Of a stretch of 62,492 nucleotides of DNA, positions 13,092 through 23,237 are shown piece after piece. Origin of the DNA: Folioceros fuciformis (Eukaryota); the NCBI GenBank assembly GCA_049999805.1, contig JBNGIO010006342.1, positions 467,449-529,940 on the forward strand, read 5' to 3'. Made by a program: the position numbers and the translations under genes. Position 1 is the first letter of the stretch, and the number at the start of each line of letters is the position of its first letter. The notes beneath the pieces were generated by a model. The model did not search any database and was not told the origin of the DNA. It saw only the letters and a list, made by a program, of their open reading frames with translations.

Positions 13092-13373
13092 TAATGAAAT
13101 ATGACCTATTTAGGGTAGTCTTCACTACGTCACCTACGACTACTAATTAATTTAGTTCTTAGGGTTTTAAGTAGTTTATTGAGTAGTTAGTTATTAAAAC
13201 CACTTAGAGGTTAGAACTACTTATGGTTACAACCATCTTATGGTGATAACCACCTAGCCTGTGTAAAGGTTTTGTACTTTCTATTATAATCAATGCATAC
13301 AACTCTTTTGTGCAAAGCTTTCTACTATCTCCTTGCTATGTTTTGCGACTTAGAGCAGTTATGATTCTCATCA
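13092..13373 (+). repeat. 5' LTR of copia-2
   Basis: Direct repeat of 19168-19449, about 25 differences in 282 bp by manual count. Confidence 0.95.
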
Positions 13374-13573
13374 TGGTATCGGAGCATTGTTGCTCTCTAT
13401 TTGCATTGGGCAACTTAACACGCTAATCTACTCTTCTTCTTCATCTTCTCCTTCATTCTTTTTAGAAGATGTATAGATTCTTTAGATTGCATGTCATAGA
13501 TTGTTGTCATGTTTGCAGGTTCCTTAATCTTCAATAATGCACACCCAATGCATCCAATCCTTGGTTCAACGCA

Positions 13574-14110
13574 ATGGATTCCTTCAATCCTCGCAAGCAA
13601 GGCTATTGGAAGAAGATCAAGGCTGCAAGACAAGAGATAGAATATAGGAATGCAAAGATTAGAATTGCTAGGAAGTCTAGTCAAATAGAAGGAGATTCCA
13701 TACTTATTGCTAACTTCATTGGCTCTATTCTAATCAAAGTAGAAGATCAAGGGAGGCAGATAGAAATTGCTAGAAGAAACTTGCTTACTATCTTTAGTTT
13801 AAGTCAAGTGAAAGCAATAGAACTCGCTCTTGATCATATCCCAAATCTACGAGCAGGTCCTCTTTCTTCTATCTCCAATGCAAGTTCACAACAACGCAAG
13901 CAAGAAATCTTCAGTTCCATAAAGACTCTCACCAGAGAACCACGTCATCGACACACCCTACGTAGAACAAGCATAGAGGAGTTAGCAAGAGAAGAGCGTG
14001 ATCTTAATAAGCACCTCCTTCAGCATACTGATCCACACATGCTGAGCTGTCTTCATCACAAACTTTCCCTTACTGCTACTCGTCATCCTCACAAATACTC
14101 CTGTAAATAA
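13574..14110 (+). CDS. Uncharacterised 178-aa ORF in the copia-2 leader, upstream of gag
   Basis: ATG-initiated open frame between the PBS and gag; no recognised motif. Confidence 0.35.
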   Translation: MDSFNPRKQGYWKKIKAARQEIEYRNAKIRIARKSSQIEGDSILIANFIGSILIKVEDQGRQIEIARRNLLTIFSLSQVKAIELALDHIPNLRAGPLSSISNASSQQRKQEIFSSIKTLTREPRHRHTLRRTSIEELAREERDLNKHLLQHTDPHMLSCLHHKLSLTATRHPHKYSCK

Positions 14111-14216
14111 AAGGTTTCTTCTTCCCTTGATCCTTGCGCCCAGTATTTCCTGCATGATGATGAGGAAATGCGAAGGCGCTTTGCAGCTCTCTAGGCTGCA
14201 ATAGTGACCACTTGCA

Positions 14217-17200
14217 ATGGTTGGTTTTTACTTGGACGAACGAGAAGAGAAACAACAACATGAAGACAGAAGAGAGAGAGAGAAGAGGAAGGATCCACCC
14301 AAAGATGAAGCACTACCTTCCGTGGTGAATCGCAACTATGGGGATAGTTTTAAGGAGAAGGACATATTCAATGGGCAGGCGTACGACGTTTGGCGCTTGC
14401 AAATGCATGCATTCGAGATCTATGGGACGTTGTAAGTGGGTCCACACCCAAACCACAGTGGGGCTCCGAGAGCAAAGAAACCTGGGACTTCAGGGATGAA
14501 AAAGCTCAAGACCTCTTGATCAGTGGACTAGCACAGAACATGGTAAGACAATGTAGTCAAATGAAAACTTCTAAACAGATGTGGGATCACCTTGCTCAGT
14601 TATATTCTTCAAGAGATGTGATGAGTATGTTGACCACGATGCTCAACCTCTTCAATATGAAGATGAAGGAATCTGACTCCGTTGAACACCATATCAACAC
14701 TTTCCAGCAAGCTAGATCTCAATATGAAGCTGCCACCAACACCTCCATCTCTGAACTTATTGCATTCCTTGTTCTCTTGATATCCCTCCCACCCTCCTAC
14801 ACACCATTTCTCACCACATAGAACGCTGTGGTTAGACAAGCCCAAAAGAATTCGGGCGGCTTCGATGCAGACGAAGACCTCGACATCAGTGTCGCAGAAC
14901 TCATCGGAGCCATGATTCAGGAGGAGTCCAGTCGACGCCATGGGCCCAAGTCCAGCCGACAGCATGTGATGTACACTAGAAGAGGCAGAGGAAGAGGACG
15001 CGGCAAAAGTTTCACTTCCCACAAACTTGCTTATTCCACACAAGACAAATCTCATGGCGACTCCAGCTCTTCTACACCTTCTAGGAGTAACAAAAAGAGT
15101 GGAATTATTTGTAATTGGTGCAAAATTCCTAGTCACATGGAAAAGGACTGTAGAAAGAAGAAGAATGGGGAACCTAGATCAAAGGCCTCGCCTGCAGCTC
15201 ATGTTGCTTCAAAGAGACACTCTTCATCAACAACACATGTGCTCACTATTTGCCTTGCATCCTCTAAGCTGGCCAACGCTTATTGGTACCTGGACAGTGG
15301 AGCAACATCACATATCTACTACAACAAAGACTCCTTTGAGTCATACACCCTAGCCATAGAACATCAAACTGTTCTTCTGGGTGATAATCACAACCTTCCC
15401 ATCGTGGGTCTCGGTTCTGTTGTACTCAATTGTGACTCATGTCAGACTCTTCATCTTCACCACGTCCTCCATGTCCCTGCAATGTGTAAAAACCTAGTGT
15501 CAACCGCTAGTCTTTGCCACCAACACCACATGCAGGTCCTTTTATATGCAGATAGTTGTTTCCTTTCCTACCTCAAGAATAGAACACACAATATCTGCAC
15601 TGGTATCTTAGAAGATGGTCTCTACATATTGTCAGTTAAATTAGGAGCCACACATTTTGTCAATGTAGCCTCCCAACATTTTGCAATACCAACACACACA
15701 ATGCTCTCGCATTGTAGATTAGGTCATCCTAACAGACAAAAGTTAATACAAATGTCTAGAGCCAATCTGTATAGAACACCTTGTCTCTCCAAGGTTCACA
15801 ACTTAGACTGATGCAAATCATGTGTCATCACAAAACGTCACTAAGAACCTTTCAAACATACATCTCCACAAAGGGCCAAGTCACCTTTACAGATAGTACA
15901 CACAGACATTTGCGGACCCCTCTCTACACCCTCCTTTAGCGGTAGTAGATACTTCTTGACTTTCACTAACAACTATTCCCGTTTCTGCCTCTCCTACATC
16001 CTCACCAAAAAGAGTGAAACTTATTAGTTTTTCAAGGATTACATGGCATGGGCATAAAGGCTTACAGATCACAAACTCAAGACCTTACATTCCGACAATG
16101 GTGGAGAGTTTACATCTCATAGATTTGCTGAATTTTGTCGAGCTGAAGGCGTAGCTCAACAACTAAGTGTAGTATACACTTCTCAGCAAAATGGTGTAGC
16201 AGAAAATAAGAATCTCTGCCTCCAAGAGATCATAGGTTGCTTGTTAACACTAGCTAACTTATCCAAAGCTTATTGGGCTGAGGCCCTCCTTACAACAACC
16301 TATCTCATGAATCGCATGTTGCCTTCATCAATTCAAGTTATGACTCCATAAGAAGCATTCACCGGCAACAAGCCTTCCATCGATCACCTTCGAATTTTTG
16401 GTTCTCTCGCATATGTCTTTATCCCTAAAGTACAACGCAATAAGTTAGATCCAAAAGCTGCCAAATATATATTCATTGGCTACACCGAAGGCATCAAAGA
16501 TTACAAGCTATTTGAAACCACCACATGGAAGCTTACATATGCTAGGAGTGTTACTTTTCATGAGTCTTACCTATTTTCCCTAGCAGTGGGAGCTGGTACA
16601 TCCGGCCTTGAGGACATCTCTTCCGAAGAGCCCTCAGATACCTCCTCATTTGATGATAATGACTATATCACTCAATTTCTAGTTCCTACTTTACGTGTTC
16701 CCCTAGTTGAACCTATTATGCAAGAGGAGGAGGAGTTAGCATCCATTCCACATGATACACCGCCTGATGATGACAACATTCTAGCTGAGGAGCCAGTAGA
16801 CACTCTTGATGCAGAGCATGATGACCCTCTAGTGATTGACATGGAGCATCCCGATCCTACCGATTATCCTACTCACATGGAAGATGCACCTGAACCTACG
16901 CCAACGTACAACTTAAGAACCCATCCTGCAATCTCCGGACCCACAGGATGGAAAGAACCTCCTCTAGGATATCTAGCTGTATTTGATGACGCTATTCACC
17001 CTACATCACTGTACTCAGAAGCAGTATACAAGGCAGCAGTGGATCCTGCAGAACCTCTCTCCCTCAAACAAGCTTTCTCATCTTTTGAAAAAGACTTATG
17101 GAAGGTTGCTGTACATTTCGAATACAACTCCCTAGTTAGCAACTCAACTTGCGAATTAGTCAAGCCACCCAAGAGTAGAAAAATCATAACCAACACGTGG

Positions 17201-18410
17201 GTATTCAAAATAAAAAGAAAAGGGGATGGTTCCATTGAGAGATACAAAGCACGCCTTGTGGCCAAGGGATTCACCCAGATACCAGGTTTAGATTACCTCC
17301 CATGGGCCACATTCGCTCCAGTAGCAAAGTTTGCTTCCCTTAGAATGATCTTCGCCTTAACAGCTCAGCATGATCTTGAGCTTCATATGATGGATGTGAA
17401 GACAACCTATCTCTATGGTCGTCTTCAAGAAGAAATCTACATGAAACAGCTCGAAGGTTATGAGGTTCAAGGCAAGGAAGATTGGGTATGCAGACTCATT
17501 AAAGGCCTGTATGGTCTCAAGCAATCTGGTAAAAATTGGAATATGGGCATACATGTGAAACTCATCAAAAGAGGCTTCCGGCAAAGTGATGCCGATGCAT
17601 GCATGTATATCCTAATATCAGGCAATGATATCTTTTACCTATTGCTCTACGTCGACGACGTGTTCATGGCGACAAACTCCCTTACTCTCCTAGCCGAGAT
17701 CAAAAGCTGGCTCAAGACTTTTAATGAAATGTCTGATTTAGGAGAAATGACATATGCACTTGGTGTTAACATTATTAGAGATCGAGCAAAAAAGACTCTA
17801 AGTATTGTTCAAACCAAGTACATCAAAGAGAGTTTATCCAAGTTTGGACTTGAAGATGCGAAACTTGCCCCTACACCTTTTGCTAGGGGGGTTAGGCTTA
17901 CCTTAGATATGAGTCCAAAGACAACACAAGACAAGTTGGAAATGTCAGCAATCCCATATTGACATGCTGTTGGCACACTTATCTATTTATCCAACCTCAC
18001 TAGACCACGCATATCTTTTGAAGTCAGCTCCTATTCACAATTCCTGGAGAATCCTGGACGTGAACACTCGATGTCAACTAAGCGCATATTCAGATACCTC
18101 AAGGGTACCATGCACACAAGATTGACATTCAAATATACACTAGGCATAAAGACATTGACATTAAGAGCGTACGCTGACATCGATTGTGCTGGTGACCCCG
18201 ACACACGCAGATCCGTATTAGGTTACGTACTGCTATTGGGGGGAGCACCAATATCCTGGTCAAGTAAGAAACAACCAACCATAGCCTTGTCCAGCACTGA
18301 GTCAGAGTATAGAGTACTAACCTCAGTTGTTAAAGACATAGTATGGACTAGGCTAACCTTGAATGAACTTCATCACTTGCAGGGACAACCTCTACCTCTT
18401 CACATGTGAC
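14217..18410 (+). pseudogene. copia-2 gag-pol, multiply disrupted, RNase H truncated
   Basis: gag FNGQAYDVWRLQM and LWDVVSG; zinc knuckle CNWCKIPSHMEKDC; protease WYLDSGAT; GAG-pre-integrase HCRLGH; integrase HTDICGP, HSDNGGEF; RT RYKARLVAKGF, YVDD; RNase H YADIDCAG, SSTESEY. Confidence 0.93.
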
Positions 18411-19167
18411 TTCAACCTCGACACGAGTGCCAGACCACTTCCTACCACCAGGAAATCGTGGTGGGCTCTCCACAGAGGTTGGAATCCATCTAGAGGCAGG
18501 TAGAGGATCACCAGGGTACTGCCCAGGAGGGGCGTTCTGCTCCTCAGAGGGGCACGGTCCCCTCCCCAGGGGCCGCACTCCCTCTCTTTTCTTCTTTCCA
18601 CTGCAGGCTAGCCGGCATCCATCTCCCTATAGCATCGGCACCAAGTGACCACAGGCCAATTTGGACACACGAGAAGTAGCGTGCCGGAGGCGCGACCCTG
18701 CCAATAGCCGCGCGTCCCTACAACGGGCACGCATGCCCCTTGCCGCACCGGATCTGCGAGCCATGGCTGGAAGGAGCGTGTTTTGCTTCAAGCGGGGGAG
18801 CGCGACAGGAGCGGGAAGCGAAGAGGAGGAATCAAACCGTATGGGAATGCCCATTAACAATATGACCCCCCCAGGGCATACAAACGGGCATCACATGGCC
18901 CAGGCCGTTACCCATTTAATGGTTTTCATTTTCACCTTTTTCAAGTTTTACTTTTACCTTTTTATATTGTTTAGAAATTTACCATTTCCTTCTTGAGTTT
19001 TCTAGTAATACATTTTGATTACATTAAATTTTGTTTTAAAGTAACTTAATACAGTTTTTAATTCTTTTCTTAGTTAGTGGATAGCTTTCAAGTTAGTGGG
19101 AGCTAACTAACATTTTTAGGCTTATTTTGAAGCTAATTCTTCACACCTAGTTCATAGTGAGTGGGAG

Positions 19168-19449
19168 TGATGAAATATGACCTATTTAGGGCACTCTTCA
19201 CTAGGCACCTAAGACTATTAATTAATTTAGTTCTTAGGGCTTTAGGTAGTTTATTGAGGAGTTAGTTGTTACAACCACTTAGAGGTTAGAACTACTTATG
19301 GTTACAACCACCTTTATGGTTCTAACCACCTAGCCTATGTAAAGGCTTTGTACTTTCTATTATAATCGATGCATACAACTCTTTTGCGCAAAGCTTTCTA
19401 CTATGTGCTTGCTATGTTTTGCTACCTAGAGCAGCTATGATTCTCATCA
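19168..19449 (+). repeat. 3' LTR of copia-2
   Basis: TG...CA termini; direct repeat of 13092-13373. Confidence 0.95.
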
Positions 19450-20470
19450 GTAAACGTAGGAGACCAAGGAGTGGCTGAATTAGAGGGTCAGGATGGGCAA
19501 CGGTGCAAAGAGCATATAAAGCATTTGGCTCCTTATCACCTACCCAATCTTGATACCAGGATCCAACCACAAGGTTGGAAGCCGCTTGCTGATTTGCCTT
19601 GCGAACAATGTGAAAGGATTGAAGACGAAGACAACATGCTGTTGTGTGACAAGTGCAACCAAGGATTCTACATGTGTTGTCTATAGATACCCTAGAAAGA
19701 TATGCCCGAAAGAGACTAGATCTGCTCGCTGTGCAGTAAAAGCAAAACCACAGCCAGTGTCATGATAGGGAGCACATGATAACCAAATGACAAACAAACA
19801 CTAGGTTTAGTTAGGGGTTAGTGTGCATGTCTAGAAACGTCATTAACGAATAATAAATCTTAGGGCGAACAAACACGTCCATGACAGCACAAGAAAATAA
19901 TCGGGGTGTTAAAGGCTAATGAGTCAAAGGAAGAGAGTCTTCCAAACCATGACAAGGAGCAACGAGATCAAGGCGTGATGGTGTGGGCGGCTCACCTGAA
20001 GGCGGGGCAAGGTCGGAAACAAAACTTAGAGGCAGTAGCACATGAAGGTGGGATGGGCTGCCATGAGCGCTGTAGGTTGAGAGGTCTTTGAGTTGTGATG
20101 GTATGATGCTGTTATAATTGTCGAGGTGAGGACAGTGAGTGTTGACGATGCCTGAAATAGGACATCCGCTGGCCTAATTGAAGCGTTGTTGTGTGGAGAA
20201 AGGCCGCAAGGGGTTGACAAGCAGTCAGCCAATCGAGGAGGAACATGGGGGACAGGAGTTGTCTTCACCGACAAGTTAGACCCAAAAATGAAGACCTAGA
20301 AATCCTACCACACAACAGTGCTCACAAGGGGTGCTGCCTGTGTTGCGGACAAATAAACCCACCCAAATCACGCTATGTTCACAAGCCCCAATTTTTAGAA
20401 AACGAAGACATTGAAAAAAGGACACAGGAGTTTGTTAGGAAGTATTGCCCCGACAAACCCCTGGTGCCCA

Positions 20471-21039
20471 ACTGAGATGTCCATCACAATCTTCCATTCA
20501 GGATGCATGCACATCGCTGCAGGAGAAAGCACCATTGCACCACTATACAACGTGTTTGAGCAGCTGCATCCCATCATGATGGCACACCGAATGAAGAGGA
20601 GGGTGCTAGCAAACCCCGGCGCGCCTCGGAGGGTGTGATTGTGAGCAGTCAGGGCCCCGCGCAAGAGAAAGCGGTTGTAGGCTAGGGGCACTAAGGTAGT
20701 TACGACCGACGCAGCCTGCCAATGTCATCCTGCCGATTGTGATAGAGCATGCATGGCCCACGCCGGCCTTGCATTTTGATCCGTTTGGTCGGCCACGCAA
20801 TTGGTGGTTGGACGGAGTTATGAGTAGTAAACAAAAGAAGGAAGAAGATTTTATGGAAGCAACGAAACATTCGTCACACTTGGGAACCCTGCAACGCCGA
20901 GGGTTAGGGCCTAGGGGGAAAGCCGGGAAAAAGGGGTTGCGTGCGGGAGGAGCAGTGCCATTCGCTGAACACGGTTGTCCTTGGGTCACGATGCATGTGA
21001 TATTTATCACGTACGACACGTAGATTTATCGAGATACAA
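20471..21039 (+). pseudogene. 5'-truncated tandem copy of the 3' end and 3' flank of the TBP-like gene
   Basis: Highly similar to 21955-22530; encodes [36 protein letters not shown]... with TGA at 20636-20638 where the full copy has CGA. Confidence 0.9.
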
Positions 21040-21089
21040 GTTCTAGCCTACTCGCAAAGCACTTGCCAAAGGCCAAGGATGAGTGGTCC

Positions 21090-21100
21090 TATATATATAT
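21090..21100 (+). promoter_or_regulatory. Candidate TATA box for the TBP-like gene
   Basis: TATATATATAT ~190 bp upstream of the ATG at 21289, embedded in GC-richer DNA. Confidence 0.35.
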
Positions 21101-21288
21101 GTGTTGGCGTGCGGTGTATGCACATAGAGCTAGTAGTTGCTGTCGTGGGCCGGTACTAACGTGCTCCTACGGACGAAATCCAAAGGACGTCCCTGCGCGC
21201 ACCTGGAATAGCTTCCGCATGTGCCAGCGCTCCAACGAAAGGACGACGCCGTGCGGCACTTGGGATCGCTCCCGCGCGCGCGTGCGTC

Positions 21289-22164
21289 ATGTCGGGCTCG
21301 GCCGACGTGGAGATGCATGACTCGTGCGACATGGCCACCACAACTGAGACGAGCCACACGAGGACCATGGTGCGGTACGTGTATAAAGACACGCCCACGG
21401 GATTAGCATTGGTCGACGCTGACGAGGATGCATGTGCACTTCGAACAGAGCATCCATCGGGGGTGATACCCAAGCTAGTCAACGTGGTGGCAAGCACCAC
21501 GCTTCACGTGCGATTCAACTTGACTCACTTGGGTCTCCACCTTCCCAACGTGGAATACCATCCTGAGCAAAACGATGGAGGCATGGCAACGGTGACGGTG
21601 CGACTCAGTGGGTCCTCGAGGCCTTACTTGACGCTGCGCGTGTTCAGGACAGGGCGCGTGATCGTACTAGGACTAGCATCGCGTGAGCAGCAAAATGGTG
21701 CTTGCGAGAAGCTAGTTGCGATGGTGAAGAGGCTGGGGTACAAAGCACACTTTGATCCCAATGACCTCAAGGTCACCGATATTGTGGTGCATGTAGCAGT
21801 GCATGAAGACAACGCGGATGCGGACGCAATTGACTTGGTAGGGCTTCACGCAACCCTAGTTGACGGCTTGAGCCAGCTCAAGTTGAAACGAGTGCGCTTA
21901 GACCCACCGGCATTGAGAGGGTCCAGTGGGTTGATAGCTATGTTCGAGGGCATCACCGAGATGTTCGTCACAATCTTCCATTTGGGATGCATGCACATCG
22001 CTGCTGGAGAAAGCACCATTGCACCACTATACAACGTGTTTGAGCAGCTGCATCCCATCATGAAGGCACACCGAATGAAGAGGAGGGCGCTAGCAAACCC
22101 CGGCGCGCCTCGGAGGGTGCGATCGCGAGCAGTCAGGGCCCCGCGCAAGAGAAAGCGGTCGTAG
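21289..22164 (+). CDS. Divergent intronless TATA-binding protein (TBP)-like protein, 291 aa
   Basis: [41 protein letters not shown] matches plant TBP [55 protein letters not shown] ~ [23 protein letters not shown] ~ [22 protein letters not shown] ~ TYTAFENIYPVL; basic NLS-like tail PRKRKRS. Confidence 0.85.
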   Translation: [291 protein letters not shown]

Positions 22165-23237
22165 GCTAGGGGCACTGAGTTAGTTACGACTGACGCGGCC
22201 TGCCAATGTAATCATGCCGATTGTGATAGAGCATGCATGGCCCACGTCGGCCTCACATTTTGATCCATTTGGTCGGCCGCACAATTGGTGGTTGTACGGA
22301 GTTATGAGTAGTAAACAAGAGAAGGAAGAAGATTTCATGGAAGCAACGAAACGTTCGTCACACTCGGGAACCCTGCAGCGCCAAGGGTTAGGCCTAAGGG
22401 AAAAGCCGGGAAAAAAGGGTTGCGCTCGGGAGGAGCGGTGCCATTCGCTGAACACGGTTGCCCTTGGGTCATGATGTATTTGATATTCATCATGTACGAC
22501 ACGTAGATTTATTGATTTATCGAGATACAAACTCTTTCTAGTGTTGAGTTAGGTCCCTTCCACACACTAATGTTGTTTTAGTGATTGCATGAAGTAAACC
22601 TTTATTAGGCTCTAAGTTAAGTCTTAGTATTGTCATGCATGCCTTTCTTAGAAGTAAGTTAATTATTACCACACTTATATCATGCTTATTATCTAGGTTA
22701 CATGCCTTTCTTAAGCTCTAAGTTAAGTCTTAGAACTCATGCTTGCTCCTTGTGCTCGACATGCATATTACAGAAAGATTAAAAAGATTAAAACGTGCAA
22801 ACCTCCTTTAAGTAGGTGATACATACGTTGTTAGTACGCAGACGTAGCGATTCTGTCAAGGGGTGGATTGTTTAAGCGCGGAAGTTCAAACGAACAAAGG
22901 GCCGTTGGAGCCTGGTTTTGGCGCACAAAACAGGTGCATGCAATATTATTAGGAAGCCAGCAAATGTGATCCCCCTTTCCCGACGAGTCCTGAACCCTAA
23001 ACCCGTAACTTGCTTTTCCTGAGCAGCGGTCCACGTGCGCGTTGCGTGCTCTGAAAGTTGCACCTAAAGCTTAGGTTATGGTGGGAAGCGATGATATGGG
23101 GAACAATCCCAGCATGTGCCAGGGGTGGGGTAGCGTTGGCGAGGTCAGATCCAGCTAGTGAGTAGCCTGTGTCGTCCGAGAAGCGGGAAAACTGTGAGAC
23201 TTGACCGGTTTGTGGGAGGAGCTGGCGGTGAGCAGAT

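Larger units (their letters stand above)
13092..19449 (+). mobile_element. Ty1/copia LTR retrotransposon (copia-2), older and more degenerate, different family from copia-1
   Basis: 282-bp LTRs at 13092-13373 (starts TA, TG in the other copy) and 19168-19449; PBS tggtatcggagc 13374-13385; purine-rich tract just before 19168; TSD ctaaa/gtaaa. Confidence 0.95.
6951..19780 (+). mobile_element. Degenerate gypsy-type integrase with C-terminal PHD finger, interrupted by two copia insertions (pieces ~6951-7910, 12864-13091, 19450-19780)
   Basis: HHCC zinc finger (THRTLGHFG...RCAAC); core WSVD...IEHFSKWVE...HPQADGLAERLVRTFK; SPYFIMFGR. Removing each copia and one TSD copy restores the frame across both junctions: ...DPSECLQ|ELSSRAETLQ...AIAQHRDQLRYAFTRGG...FEQGDFVFV...RVL|NVGDQGVAELEGQDG...PCEQC...LLCDKCNQGFYMCCL...ICSLC. 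Several stops and frameshifts. Confidence 0.85.

Noticed and set aside
19758-19886. TGTCATG...CATGACA-bounded 129-bp segment as a solo LTR or terminus of the PHD-integrase element
   Set aside because: Flanks (gccag/gcaca) do not form a TSD and no matching copy was found upstream of the integrase
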